Part shown: piece after piece, positions 30,467 through 40,403 of the stretch
How positions within the stretch are numbered: position 1 is the first letter of the stretch
Layout of the letters: every line of letters begins with the position of its first letter
Source: an uncultured Candidatus Saccharibacteria bacterium
GTDB lineage: Bacteria; Patescibacteriota; Minisyncoccia; Phycocordibacterales; CSBR16-119
Reading direction: 5' to 3'
Length of the DNA stretch: 64,000 nt
Assembly (NCBI GenBank): GCA_964355515.1
Contig: CAYHDV010000002.1
Location: forward strand, 6,622 to 70,621
The notes under the pieces: generated by a model
The model's database searches: none
What the model saw: only the letters and a program-made list of their open reading frames with translations
Told to the model about the DNA's origin: nothing
Program-made: the position numbers and the translations under genes

Positions 30467-32512
30467 ATGAATACCTTCGTACTAAAGAGCGAATATAGCC
30501 CTGCTGGAGATCAGCCAGAAGCCATCGCTGGCTTGGTAGATGGTCTGAAGAAGGGTTTGCGTAAGCAAACCCTTCTTGGAGTTACAGGGTCTGGGAAGAC
30601 CTATACAATTGCAAATGTTATAGAAAAAATCCAAAAGCCGACCCTCGTGATCGCTCACAACAAAACCCTCGCAGCTCAGCTTGCTCAGGAGTTCAAAGAA
30701 TTTTTCCCAGACAATGCAGTTCATTATTTCGTGTCCTATTACGACTACTACCAGCCAGAAGCCTACGTGCCGGTGACTGATACTTACATTGAAAAGGACG
30801 CATCTATCAACAAAGAGATAGACAGACTTCGACATGCGTCCACACAGTCTTTGCTTACAAGAAATGATGTGATCATTGTCGCTTCGGTATCCTGTATCTA
30901 TGGTCTGGGTTCCCCAAAAGAATATGAGAAACGTTTTATCTTTTTTAACAAAGACCAACAAATAAAAAGAATTGAACTTTTCAAGAAACTTATTGAGATG
31001 CAATACGAAAGAACAAATGCTGATTTGGAACCAGGCAAGTTTCGTGCTGTTGGAAATACTATAGAGATCATGCCAATTTCTTTTAAAAAAATGTATCGAC
31101 TAGAATTAGTGGGGAATCAAGTGGTAACACTAAAGGTTATAGACCCTGTGACATCGACCATTCTCGAAGAGCCAGATGAATTGTTTATTGCTCCTGCAAA
31201 GCACTTTATGACTAGTGCCGAAGGTAGAGATTCTGCTATTTCTTCAATAAAAGCAGAGCTAGATATTCATCTCAAAAAACTAGAAAAAGGTGGAAAAATT
31301 CTTGAAGCAGAAAGACTTAAGAGGAGAACCAATTATGACTTGGCGATGATACGAGAGGTTGGATATTGTTCTGGAATTGAAAATTACTCTAGGCATCTAT
31401 CAGGGAAAATGCCAGGCGAAGCACCAGATACTCTTTTGGAATATTTTCCTCATGACAAAAATGGTAATCCAGAGTTCCTCACTGTTATCGATGAGTCTCA
31501 TGTTACACTCCCTCAACTTCGGGCAATGTATGCAGGAGATCAGGCAAGAAAGGAGAACTTGGTTGAGTTTGGTTTCAGGCTACCTTCCGCAAAAGATAAT
31601 AGACCTCTTCAATATGAAGAGTTTACAAAAAGGGTTGGTGGTACGATATATGTTTCTGCCACACCCGGTGAGGTTGAAAGATCCGAGAAGACAGTTGAGC
31701 AGATTATCCGGCCAACAGGGCTTGTCGATCCAGAAATAATTATCCGGCCAATTGTCCCAGAAAAAGATGGATACAAAGGTCAGATTCAGGATTTTATTGA
31801 CGAAGCGGAAAAAGAAATAGTCAAAGGTGGTCGAGTACTTGCGACAACCCTTACAAAGAAAATGGCAGAGGATTTGTCGGAATATCTAAAAGAGAGAGAA
31901 ATAAAAGCGGCCTATATTCACAGCGATATCAAGACAATAGAGAGAATTCAAATTATTACAGAGTTTAGAAAAGGGAAGTTTGATATTCTTGTCGGGGTGA
32001 ATCTCCTTCGAGAGGGGCTTGATATGCCAGAAGTCACACTTATTGGTATTTTAGATGCGGACAAAGAAGGTTTTCTACGCTCAGAAACATCTCTTGTTCA
32101 GACAATTGGACGCGCAGCCAGAAATATAGATGGAAGGGTTATTCTCTATGCCGATAGGATGACTGGTTCTATGGAGAGAGCCATAGCTGAGACTAAGCGT
32201 CGTCGGGATATTCAGCTAGAGTACAACAAGAAAAATGGTATCACTCCAAAGACTATTATAAAAAGTATAAAAGATATTACAGAGGCGCTTCAGTCAGATC
32301 ATGAAAAAGCTGTGAATTTGGAACTAGAAACAGAATTTTCAAAAATCGAAAATCTCCCAACAAAAAAGAAAGAGCTTGAATTGAAAAAAATAATAAAAAG
32401 AAAAGAGAGCGATATGAACAAAGCTGTTGGAGAGCTAGACTTTGAAACAGCTGCGATTATACGAGATGAGCTTACTATTCTTCGTGGAATGCAGATGACT
32501 ACTAAGCTTTAA
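30467..32512 (+). CDS. uvrB: Excinuclease ABC subunit B
   Basis: GVTGSGKT, YFVSYYDYYQPEAY, DESH, QTIGRAARN, C-terminal UVR. Confidence 0.98.
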   Translation: MNTFVLKSEYSPAGDQPEAIAGLVDGLKKGLRKQTLLGVTGSGKTYTIANVIEKIQKPTLVIAHNKTLAAQLAQEFKEFFPDNAVHYFVSYYDYYQPEAYVPVTDTYIEKDASINKEIDRLRHASTQSLLTRNDVIIVASVSCIYGLGSPKEYEKRFIFFNKDQQIKRIELFKKLIEMQYERTNADLEPGKFRAVGNTIEIMPISFKKMYRLELVGNQVVTLKVIDPVTSTILEEPDELFIAPAKHFMTSAEGRDSAISSIKAELDIHLKKLEKGGKILEAERLKRRTNYDLAMIREVGYCSGIENYSRHLSGKMPGEAPDTLLEYFPHDKNGNPEFLTVIDESHVTLPQLRAMYAGDQARKENLVEFGFRLPSAKDNRPLQYEEFTKRVGGTIYVSATPGEVERSEKTVEQIIRPTGLVDPEIIIRPIVPEKDGYKGQIQDFIDEAEKEIVKGGRVLATTLTKKMAEDLSEYLKEREIKAAYIHSDIKTIERIQIITEFRKGKFDILVGVNLLREGLDMPEVTLIGILDADKEGFLRSETSLVQTIGRAARNIDGRVILYADRMTGSMERAIAETKRRRDIQLEYNKKNGITPKTIIKSIKDITEALQSDHEKAVNLELETEFSKIENLPTKKKELELKKIIKRKESDMNKAVGELDFETAAIIRDELTILRGMQMTTKL

Positions 32513-32520
32513 AGCTTGTG

Positions 32521-32774
32521 CCCCTCTCCTGGGGAGGAGTGAGGTTGGGGCGAGGTCGTAATCAATTACAAAGCTCTCAATCTTGCGTCTTTCCCGCGAA
32601 CGTGGGAATCCAGAAATAAACCACCCACATTCATAAAACGTACCGTCTTTGCGAGGCACGAAGCAATCCAGAGTGATGAATTTCTGGATTGCCACGTCGC
32701 CAAGCTCCTCGCAAAGACGCTAGGTGCATTGTCTCTGTATTGTAAACCCTGGATTCCCGTGTACACAGGAATGA
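32521..32774. repeat. Mosaic of REP-like palindromes
   Basis: 32587-32612 with inverted partner 32750-32774 enclosing a second inverted pair 32645-32670/32685-32718. Confidence 0.8.
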
Positions 32775-32795
32775 AGAGTTGAGGGTTTAGTCATC

Positions 32796-32829
32796 AACCA
32801 AAAAACACCCTTTCGGGTGTTTTTTGGTT
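32796..32829. terminator. Strong intrinsic terminator
   Basis: AACCAAAAAACACCC-TTTC-GGGTGTTTTTTGGTT perfect inverted repeat. Confidence 0.85.
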
Positions 32830-32831
32830 TG

Positions 32832-32951
32832 CTACCAATCAGTCTCATCTGTCAGAGCGTCATCGCTATCCTCATCGTCTTCATCTAGCAAATCATCACC
32901 TGACCCCATTAATTCGTCATCTTCTAACTCATCATAATCATTATTTGACAT
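32832..32951 (-). CDS. 39-aa hyper-acidic micropeptide
   Basis: MSNNDYDELEDDELMGSGDDLLDEDDEDSDDALTDETDW; 20 D/E and no K/R. Confidence 0.7.
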   Translation of the reverse strand: MSNNDYDELEDDELMGSGDDLLDEDDEDSDDALTDETDW

Positions 32952-33005
32952 AGCGTTTTTCACTTGTAGCTACTAATGAATAATCCTATATAAAGGGTTT
33001 AAAAT

Positions 33006-33065
33006 TTATTTCTTTTTTGCTGTTTTCTTTGCTACTTTCTTTTTTGCTGCTTTTTTTGCTGCCAT
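33006..33065 (-). CDS. 19-aa histone H1-like basic micropeptide
   Basis: MAAKKAAKKKVAKKTAKKK; 10 Lys. Confidence 0.7.
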   Translation of the reverse strand: MAAKKAAKKKVAKKTAKKK

Positions 33066-33267
33066 ATTATTGTCATGAAAAAATCTTTTATTAAAAACGA
33101 CCCACGACTTTCACATTCTATCTCCGCAGGATGTATATCTGATTTTGACACAGGGAACCTAGAGGATAAGTACATGCAAACATATTGTACGACCAAATAT
33201 AAAAAATATAAATAATCAAAAATCTATTTTGGGGATAAATGTTAACCTCTGATGTATAATAAATTTT

Positions 33268-34368
33268 ATGGAAGAAATAAGAAAAGAAGAATCAGGTATA
33301 TCTGGGTTTTTGGCAAGGAAGAGACACTGGATTGCTCCCGTGGCTATCTTTGGGGGGTTTATTGGTGATATGTTTACCTTGAATCAGATAGACCAGATTT
33401 TCGACAATGCTGTTTTGATAGTGCATCTTCTTATTTCAGGTTTTGCGATAGCCATGCTTTTTACCACCGGCTCAAAAATCGGAGAAAAAATCAACATATC
33501 TCTGAAGTCTTCCATACTAGAAGCACTAATGCTGTTTTCTTTTGGGGGACTTTTTTCAGGTTTCGCAATTTTCTATACTAGGTCCGGCTCATTTGCTTCG
33601 AGCTGGCCTTTTATTGTTATCATGCTTCTTCTTATGCTTGGCACAGAGCTTTATAAGAAAGTTTATCGAAAAATGGTTTTTCAGATAACAATATATTTTA
33701 TTGCCATCTTTTCTTACATGATTATTCTTGTACCTCTTCTTTTAAACAAGATGGGGTCAGTTGTTTTTGTATTAAGCGGAATATCTACAATAGGTATAAT
33801 CTATGTTTATTTTAAAATACTGAGGTTACTAAACAAAAATAGGTATGAAGAGTATATAGGTAAGATAACAATATCTATAGGTTTATTTTTTGTTATTTTT
33901 AATTTTGCTTATTTCACAAACATAATTCCTCCTGTTCCGTTGTCCCTCAAATTTACGGCAGTTTACCACCATGTAGAAAAACTCTACCCCGGGTATGAAG
34001 CTACATATGAGTCAAATCCTTGGTACAACATTTTTAGAAAAAGAAGTCGAGTATTTCATCGATTTGGTTCTGAGCCTGTGTGGGTATTTGCGTCTGTGTT
34101 TGCCCCTACTTCTTTTTCTGCAGAAGTAAATCACGTCTGGGAATACTTTGATACTGAGACATTGAAATGGGTTTATAAAGGGCGAGTTCCTCTGACTATC
34201 CAAGGGGGAAGTAAGAAAGGTTGGGCAGGGTTTAGCTACAGAGAAGATATCCAAGATGGTAGATGGAGAGTGGGCGTGGAAACAAAGCAGGGCCAAGTAA
34301 TAGGCTATGTCTACATAAGAGTTATCTCAGTGGAAGAGCCACCAAGACTTACAACAGAGAGACCTTAG
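33268..34368 (+). CDS. DUF2914-like membrane protein
   Basis: About 8 TMs, IPPVPLSL, VFAP..HVW..GG..GW.GFS..GRWRVGVET. Confidence 0.8.
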   Translation: MEEIRKEESGISGFLARKRHWIAPVAIFGGFIGDMFTLNQIDQIFDNAVLIVHLLISGFAIAMLFTTGSKIGEKINISLKSSILEALMLFSFGGLFSGFAIFYTRSGSFASSWPFIVIMLLLMLGTELYKKVYRKMVFQITIYFIAIFSYMIILVPLLLNKMGSVVFVLSGISTIGIIYVYFKILRLLNKNRYEEYIGKITISIGLFFVIFNFAYFTNIIPPVPLSLKFTAVYHHVEKLYPGYEATYESNPWYNIFRKRSRVFHRFGSEPVWVFASVFAPTSFSAEVNHVWEYFDTETLKWVYKGRVPLTIQGGSKKGWAGFSYREDIQDGRWRVGVETKQGQVIGYVYIRVISVEEPPRLTTERP

Positions 34369-34370
34369 AT

Positions 34371-34964
34371 TTAATTCTCTATCTCTTTATTTTCTTCTAC
34401 AATTTCCCAGAATGCATCCACCCCTTTTTTTGTAATAGCGGAAAAGGGAATTAGTCTCACAAATGGTGGGACTTCATTTCCTGCTTTCTTCAGAGAAGCT
34501 GAGAGTTCTTTTTGATTTAGCTTATCTGTTTTGTTTAAAAGTCCGATGATTTTTCCGGATTGTGAAGACTCAAGGATTTCGAGCATTTCTCTATCCAAAT
34601 CAGTCATACCTATTTTTGCATCCATAACCACAACATGGGTTCTGTTTGGCACTTCCGTCTCATCTACAAACCAAAGAATAAGTTGTCTGAGTTTTTCTTG
34701 CTCGGTTTTACTCATTTTTGCATATCCATATCCTGGAAGGTCTACAAAATACAAAGAATTATTTATATCATAAAAGTTGATTTCTCTTGTTTTCCCAGGG
34801 GTTCCAGATGGTCTCGCAAGAGTATTTCTACCCAAAAGTGCGTTTATACTTGAAGATTTCCCTGCGTTTGATCTCCCATAGAAAACAAACTGGGGCTTAT
34901 CCTTATCCCAAAATTCCTTACCAAGTACAACACCTTTTATAAATTCAGCACTCGTTATTTTCAT
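34371..34964 (-). CDS. engB: Ribosome biogenesis GTPase YihA/YsxC
   Basis: GRSNAGKSS, PGKTREINFY, DLPGYGYAK, NKTDK. Confidence 0.95.
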   Translation of the reverse strand: MKITSAEFIKGVVLGKEFWDKDKPQFVFYGRSNAGKSSSINALLGRNTLARPSGTPGKTREINFYDINNSLYFVDLPGYGYAKMSKTEQEKLRQLILWFVDETEVPNRTHVVVMDAKIGMTDLDREMLEILESSQSGKIIGLLNKTDKLNQKELSASLKKAGNEVPPFVRLIPFSAITKKGVDAFWEIVEENKEIEN

Positions 34965-35063
34965 AGTGTTTAGTATATGTAAAAAGATGTGTAATCACAA
35001 GCTTGTGGTAGTCGGGTGCAAAAATGGGTCGCGAGCAAAAGCTCGCGACCCATTTTTTAAAAA

Positions 35064-36434
35064 TTAATATCTCTTCCTAAAACCTTGTTTTCTTTGCACC
35101 GGAGATGCAGTTATCTGTGTTCCTTCTTGAACAAATGTTAGAGCTTTTCCTTTTTGTTTAGCTCGTCCTGTTCGTCCAATTCGGTGCACATAGTCTTCCT
35201 GAGTTTGTGGGAGGTCGTAGTTTATAACATGGGACACATCATCCACATGGATTCCTCGAGCTGCCACATCTGTGGCTACTAGCACTCGCACCTCTCCTTT
35301 TTTGAAAGATTCAAGGGCTCGTTGTCTTTGGGTGTGGTTCTTGTTTCCATGGATAGAAGTTGCCCTTATTCCTTCGGCAACAAGCTCTTTTGAAAGCTTC
35401 TCCACACTGTGCTTCATAGAACCGAAAATAATTACCCTGTTGAAACTCTTATCTTCAAAAAGCTTTACAAGTGTTTCGAATTTTGAGTGTGCTCCATATT
35501 TAACCACATTTTGTTCGATACTATCTATAACATCTTTTTTCCTTACAGAAACAATTACTGGATCGTTCAAGAATTCATGAGTGAGCTGTTGAGTTGCTGG
35601 CGTCATTGTTGCTGAGAAAAATAGAGTTTGTCTATTTTTTGGAGTTGCTTGTAGGATTTTTTTCATATCATTGATAAATCCCATATCAAGCATTCGGTCA
35701 GCTTCATCGAGCACCACTGTTGATATTTCCTTTGGTTTTATTGCACCTCGGTCAATCAAGTCGATAACTCGTCCAGGTGTCCCAATAATAAATTGGTTTG
35801 TTCTTTGGAGCATTTTTAATTGTGGGTGAATACTCATTCCTCCTACACAAGTTACAGAGTAGATTTGTAGGTTTCGAGCCATTTTTCGTAGCTCTTCTTG
35901 GATTTGGATTGCGAGCTCTCTTGTAGGAGCTAGAATCAGAGTTTTCATTGAGGGTGTATCCATTGTTTGTTGTACAAGAGGCACCAGGAAAGCTGCTGTT
36001 TTACCAGTTCCTGTTTCAGCTAGACCAATTATATCTCGCCCTTCTAGAGAAGCGGGGATTGTTTGGTCCTGAATAGGTGAGGGAACTTTGATTCCCATGT
36101 TTGTCACTATCTGTGCTAGCTTTGGAGTGATATTAAATTCATTGAAGCTTTTATGTTTTGGAACATAGATTTCTTCTTTGATTTCAATAGGATTTGTGTT
36201 GATAAAGATAGATGGGTCAAAGGTTGGCATTTTTCTTCCTCCTCCATTTTTCTTTCCACCTCGGTTAGACCCTCCAGATCCACCAAAAGGCTTTCGTCCA
36301 CCAGAACGATTGTTGTTATTTCCAAACTTGGAATCATTATTAAATTTTCGTACGCGTGGCGTAGATAAAGAAGGGGATTGTCGTAATCCAGATTTTGAAT
36401 TACCACGATCTCCTCGAGTTTTTATATTATTCAT
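35064..36434 (-). CDS. DEAD-box RNA helicase
   Basis: AETGTGKT, PTRELA, DEAD, SAT, HRIGRTGR. Confidence 0.96.
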   Translation of the reverse strand: MNNIKTRGDRGNSKSGLRQSPSLSTPRVRKFNNDSKFGNNNNRSGGRKPFGGSGGSNRGGKKNGGGRKMPTFDPSIFINTNPIEIKEEIYVPKHKSFNEFNITPKLAQIVTNMGIKVPSPIQDQTIPASLEGRDIIGLAETGTGKTAAFLVPLVQQTMDTPSMKTLILAPTRELAIQIQEELRKMARNLQIYSVTCVGGMSIHPQLKMLQRTNQFIIGTPGRVIDLIDRGAIKPKEISTVVLDEADRMLDMGFINDMKKILQATPKNRQTLFFSATMTPATQQLTHEFLNDPVIVSVRKKDVIDSIEQNVVKYGAHSKFETLVKLFEDKSFNRVIIFGSMKHSVEKLSKELVAEGIRATSIHGNKNHTQRQRALESFKKGEVRVLVATDVAARGIHVDDVSHVINYDLPQTQEDYVHRIGRTGRAKQKGKALTFVQEGTQITASPVQRKQGFRKRY

Positions 36435-36615
36435 TATTATTTTTTTCTATTAAAGGAGATTCGAGTCTCCGGCGTGCAGACATTAATCCAAACGATTATT
36501 TAAGCGTCTGTTACCTTTGAGCTCTACACAAATATCAAAAGATATAGAGAGAATAGCATGGTTGCATCATAAAGTCAAGATAACAAAAATACCCCATAAC
36601 GGGGTATTCAGATCT

Positions 36616-36816
36616 TCAGCGGAAGAGGTTTATCATTCTTTGAATTACATCAGGAACATTGTTTTTTATTTCCACTGGTAGTGCATAGAGCCTTTTGTAC
36701 TTTTTGTCCAGTTCTATTTTCCAATTTTCTCCATAGAGATGTTTATATAATTCTTCATCTCCGATACAATCGTCTTCTTCTTTGTATATCGCAGTATTCA
36801 ATATGTTTCTGACCAT
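36616..36816 (-). CDS. Hypothetical protein (possibly a fragment)
   Basis: 66-aa ORF followed by a hairpin. Confidence 0.4.
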   Translation of the reverse strand: MVRNILNTAIYKEEDDCIGDEELYKHLYGENWKIELDKKYKRLYALPVEIKNNVPDVIQRMINLFR

Positions 36817-36946
36817 CGTGCCATAATTTGTTTATTTTATTATATCTGAAAAATTCTCTTGTTGCAATAGTTTGGGACAATCGGTGGCAAGGAAACCCAC
36901 TTATTTTAGATAAAAAATAACTTACCTATTATTAAGCTCAGAATAC

Positions 36947-36973
36947 AAATCGCAAGGGCGGCCCTTGCGATTT
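36947..36973. repeat. Palindrome AAATCGCAAGG-GCGGC-CCTTGCGATTT
   Basis: 11-bp arms; same GCnAGG-N5-CCTnGC layout as the island palindromes. Confidence 0.6.
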
Positions 36974-36988
36974 GCTACTCTTATTATC

Positions 36989-37189
36989 TTATTTATCACC
37001 AAAGTATTTCCCTGCAACACTCACTGCAAATGAAGGCAATATGATGAAAACACATGTCATGAGAAGTTTCATAAGTGTTATATTTGGTTGCGTGTTGTCA
37101 TCTGGTCCGCCAAAGATAACAAGAGAAATTCCTATAATCCCAAACATAATTGATGCATATATAAATATTCGTGGTGCTAGTTTTTTCAT
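36989..37189 (-). CDS. Small 2-TM membrane protein
   Basis: MKK start and two hydrophobic helices. Confidence 0.7.
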   Translation of the reverse strand: MKKLAPRIFIYASIMFGIIGISLVIFGGPDDNTQPNITLMKLLMTCVFIILPSFAVSVAGKYFGDK

Positions 37190-37261
37190 ATATTTATTAT
37201 ATCACTTAGATACTTGCTATCAAAGATTAAAAAATCGCCCAGTTGGGCGATTTTTGTATGC

Positions 37262-37651
37262 TTAGAATAGTGACTTGTATTTCTCCCGATTTTCCCAAAG
37301 GAAATAGATATTAATAAGGAAGAAAACATTTCCCATAATAGCTCCTGATGTTAGCAATCCTCCATCCATAAATGCGTGGAAGCCAACAATGTTTAATGTA
37401 ATAGGAAGGATCAGCAGGGAAACAAGAGCCATTTTGTTTTTTATAATAAGTGCAAGCGAGATAAGGAAAACGACAGCCATCATCCACATGATATATCCGG
37501 CATTTGTCAGCATCATGACAAAGTCAAACGCTTCTGGTGTATTGTAGAGGTCTGATGTTGGTGCTGGGAATATGCCAAGCACTCCAAGTATTGGCATAAC
37601 AAGGATAAGTGATAATACAATTTTCAAAACTATGTTTATTATTTTTTTCAT
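37262..37651 (-). CDS. DoxX-like membrane protein
   Basis: 4 TMs, LPITLNIVGFH. Confidence 0.7.
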   Translation of the reverse strand: MKKIINIVLKIVLSLILVMPILGVLGIFPAPTSDLYNTPEAFDFVMMLTNAGYIMWMMAVVFLISLALIIKNKMALVSLLILPITLNIVGFHAFMDGGLLTSGAIMGNVFFLINIYFLWENREKYKSLF

Positions 37652-37724
37652 ATGTTTGAATTATATCATGTATAAATAGAGTGTACAAAAAGGCTGACCT
37701 TACCGGTCAGCCTTTTATTGTGGG

Positions 37725-38114
37725 TTATGCCAAGAGATATCCTCTCAGCTTCTCCTTTTCTCTTTCCGACAAATCCTCCGCTTTTTGGTTGTCTACGAGC
37801 TCACACTTGTTGTGAGTGAAATCAACACCCACACCTGCGACCGTTTCATTTATTTCCCGTAGGAAATTATCTGAAACCGACATCGCAACCACCTTGGCTG
37901 TTGGGTTACCCTTTGATTCTTTAAGGGAAACAGTTTTAATTTTCTTTTCAAGTATGTACGTGCCTGACAAGAAAAAGAGGTCAAATTTTATTCCTGTGTC
38001 AACTTCTTCTATGGAGTGAACGGAGGCCCTACCTTTATACAATTCTTGGAGGATCTTTGTGATTTGGTCACTGTTATGACTGTCATATACTAGTACTTTT
38101 TTAATATCTCCCAT
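37725..38114 (-). CDS. Degenerate receiver-fold protein
   Basis: KKVLVYD..FDLFFLS..AKVVAMS..DFTHNK spacing resembles REC. Confidence 0.45.
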   Translation of the reverse strand: MGDIKKVLVYDSHNSDQITKILQELYKGRASVHSIEEVDTGIKFDLFFLSGTYILEKKIKTVSLKESKGNPTAKVVAMSVSDNFLREINETVAGVGVDFTHNKCELVDNQKAEDLSEREKEKLRGYLLA

Positions 38115-38302
38115 CTTTCTTTTAATTTTGATTTTAAAAAAACATTACAGTAATTATTAGAAATGTCAAGAGGGATTTATAATTCTTATCCTTAGGGGCG
38201 AGCACTTTGCTTAAGGATAATTAGTCTTTGTATTTAGACCTATTGTTGCCACCACTTAACTGAAGGTTCTAGTCTCCTTAGAGATTCTGGTATAATAATT
38301 AT

Positions 38303-38707
38303 ATGCAAAAACAAAGAATTACATTTTGGGTAATATGGTTATTGAAAGCCATCACCGCCTTTATTCTTCTCCAAACATTATTTTTTAAATTTACGGGACA
38401 TCCGCAATCAGTAGAGCTTTTTACCAAACTTGGACTATTTGGATTAGATGAATCTATTGGAAGAATAGGAACTGGAATAATTGAGCTACTTGTTTCCATA
38501 ATCCTTCTTATCCCTAGAACAGCAATTCTGGGGTCTTTGGGTGTAGTAGGGCTTATGACAGGAGCACTTTATTTCCACATAACGATTCTTGGCTTTGATG
38601 GAGCAAATGGTCAGCTTGCAGTTATGGCTTCCTTTGCTTTAGTTTCAGGTGTAGTAGTTTTTATTTTTGAATATATAGAATCACGATCTAGAAAGATTAG
38701 AGTCTAA
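38303..38707 (+). CDS. DoxX family membrane protein
   Basis: LQTLFFKFTG..SVELF..GRIGTGIIEL..GALYFH. Confidence 0.85.
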   Translation: MQKQRITFWVIWLLKAITAFILLQTLFFKFTGHPQSVELFTKLGLFGLDESIGRIGTGIIELLVSIILLIPRTAILGSLGVVGLMTGALYFHITILGFDGANGQLAVMASFALVSGVVVFIFEYIESRSRKIRV

Positions 38708-38751
38708 AGAGAAGCCTCTTTTTAGACATGAGATAATCTAAAAGAACCTTC

Positions 38752-39147
38752 CTAAAAAAGAGGGTTCTTCTTTAATGTGTGACCCAGAATAAACGCGAAT
38801 CCTGTGTAGGGAAGACTAGATATAAAAAGTACAAAATAATTTAGTCTTCCTTTTGCGATTATGCTAATAGTTATAAATTTAAATAGTATATTCAAAAAAA
38901 GAAAAGCCACAGGAAAGACAAGTATATCTATTCCCATATGATGCATGGCAATATATATAATAAATCCTGAGACTAAAAATAAATCCACAAAAGCCATGAT
39001 GATGCTCCATGTCAAAAGGAGAGTAGAGATTTTTTAAATAATAAGAAGATTTTTGTCAGTCAAATCTTCCAGCAAGGTGAGCTTCTCTTCAGAGCTAATA
39101 TCGGAAGATTTTTGTAAGAAAGTTATAAACGAATCTTTGTATTTCAT
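38752..39147 (-). pseudogene. Membrane protein gene with internal TAA (39034-39036)
   Basis: ATG 39147 is in frame with ORF 38752-39015 across a single stop. Confidence 0.55.
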
Positions 39148-39250
39148 TTTTTGATTATATCAAGGAAAAGAAAGATGTAAGGGTGTGTCGCCCAGAGGTT
39201 AGCCTTTTCTCTTATCTTGAAAAGGAGTATGCTCTAGGGATAGATATTAT

Positions 39251-40324
39251 ATGCAGATACTAGTAAACAATCCTCTAGAGCAAACAATCCTTTTTGGAGT
39301 CATCTTCCTGGTTGTTTTTGTACTTACTTTCCGGAAAAAGGATGGGTATACGACATTTGCATTTACACAAGAATTAAAAGGCTTTGCCATTCTAACTGTC
39401 ATATTGGGGCATATTGGATATTTTCTGTCGAGCAATCAAGAATTTTTGTTTCCTTTTTCAATTATGATGGGGGTTGGGGTGAATCTGTTTTTGTTTTTGT
39501 CTGGGTATGGAATAACTTTTTCCCAAATTACAAAAGGGGAGAGTGTGGTGCAGTTTTATAAAAAAAGACTCCTCAAGTTGTTTATACCATTTTGGATTAT
39601 TCTTGGAGCGTTTGTGGCGTCTTCATATATATTCTTAGAGAAAGTATATTCTTGGGGCTTCTTAGCTCAGTCATTTTTTGGAGTATTCACAAGCGCAAAT
39701 ATATTCACAGATATTAATTCTCCGCTTTGGTATTTCACATTCATCATCTTCTGCTATCTTGTGTTTCCTTTGGTGTTCAATAAAAAAAGACCTTGGATAA
39801 GTGCTTTTCTTTTGTATTTGATTACTTGGTTTGTGGTAAAGGCGGATCCTGATGTGCTTGCTGATGTCATTGGCCTCTACAGAGTGCATCTCCTAGTTTT
39901 TCCTCTTGGGATGCTATCTGCGTGGTTTGTTTCTTCTAAATCCCATCTCCTCGCACCACTTGGTCAAATATACAAAAAGTACAATACCTATTTTTATCCA
40001 GTAGTTATTCCCGTACTTCTTTTGCTTGTCGGGTACTTTGCAGTTCATTCAGGGATAGGGGAGTCAGTCGCGAGTGAGCAAGTACGAAGTCTGCTTGTAG
40101 TAGGAGCACTCTTGCTCTTGTTTATAATAAAAAAAAGAGAGTCAAAACTCTTTAGCTTGTTCGGTAAGTATTCATACGAAATATATTTGTTCCATTGGCC
40201 GCTTTTGTATTACTATGATTTCCTCTACAAATACATGCCAGCATGGATTGCTACAGTGCTGTACTTGATTATCTTTCTTGGGCTAGGGAAGTTGTTTCAG
40301 AAGATTGTAGAAAAAATAAAGTAA
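39251..40324 (+). CDS. Acyltransferase family 3 (O-acyltransferase)
   Basis: LKGFAILTVILGH, FLFLSGYG, KKRLLKL, SYEIYLFHW. Confidence 0.9.
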   Translation: MQILVNNPLEQTILFGVIFLVVFVLTFRKKDGYTTFAFTQELKGFAILTVILGHIGYFLSSNQEFLFPFSIMMGVGVNLFLFLSGYGITFSQITKGESVVQFYKKRLLKLFIPFWIILGAFVASSYIFLEKVYSWGFLAQSFFGVFTSANIFTDINSPLWYFTFIIFCYLVFPLVFNKKRPWISAFLLYLITWFVVKADPDVLADVIGLYRVHLLVFPLGMLSAWFVSSKSHLLAPLGQIYKKYNTYFYPVVIPVLLLLVGYFAVHSGIGESVASEQVRSLLVVGALLLLFIIKKRESKLFSLFGKYSYEIYLFHWPLLYYYDFLYKYMPAWIATVLYLIIFLGLGKLFQKIVEKIK

Positions 40325-40403
40325 GAGGGCTGAATTTATTTTTTTGTAAGTTAATAAATACTATTTAGACAAAAAAAGCCCACCTTGCGGTTGGGCTTAA
40401 ATT

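Noticed and set aside
39034-39036. Stop-codon reassignment (e.g. genetic code 25)
   Set aside because: The interrupting stop is TAA, long core genes translate fully under code 11, and TGA ends genes normally (e.g. 19528)
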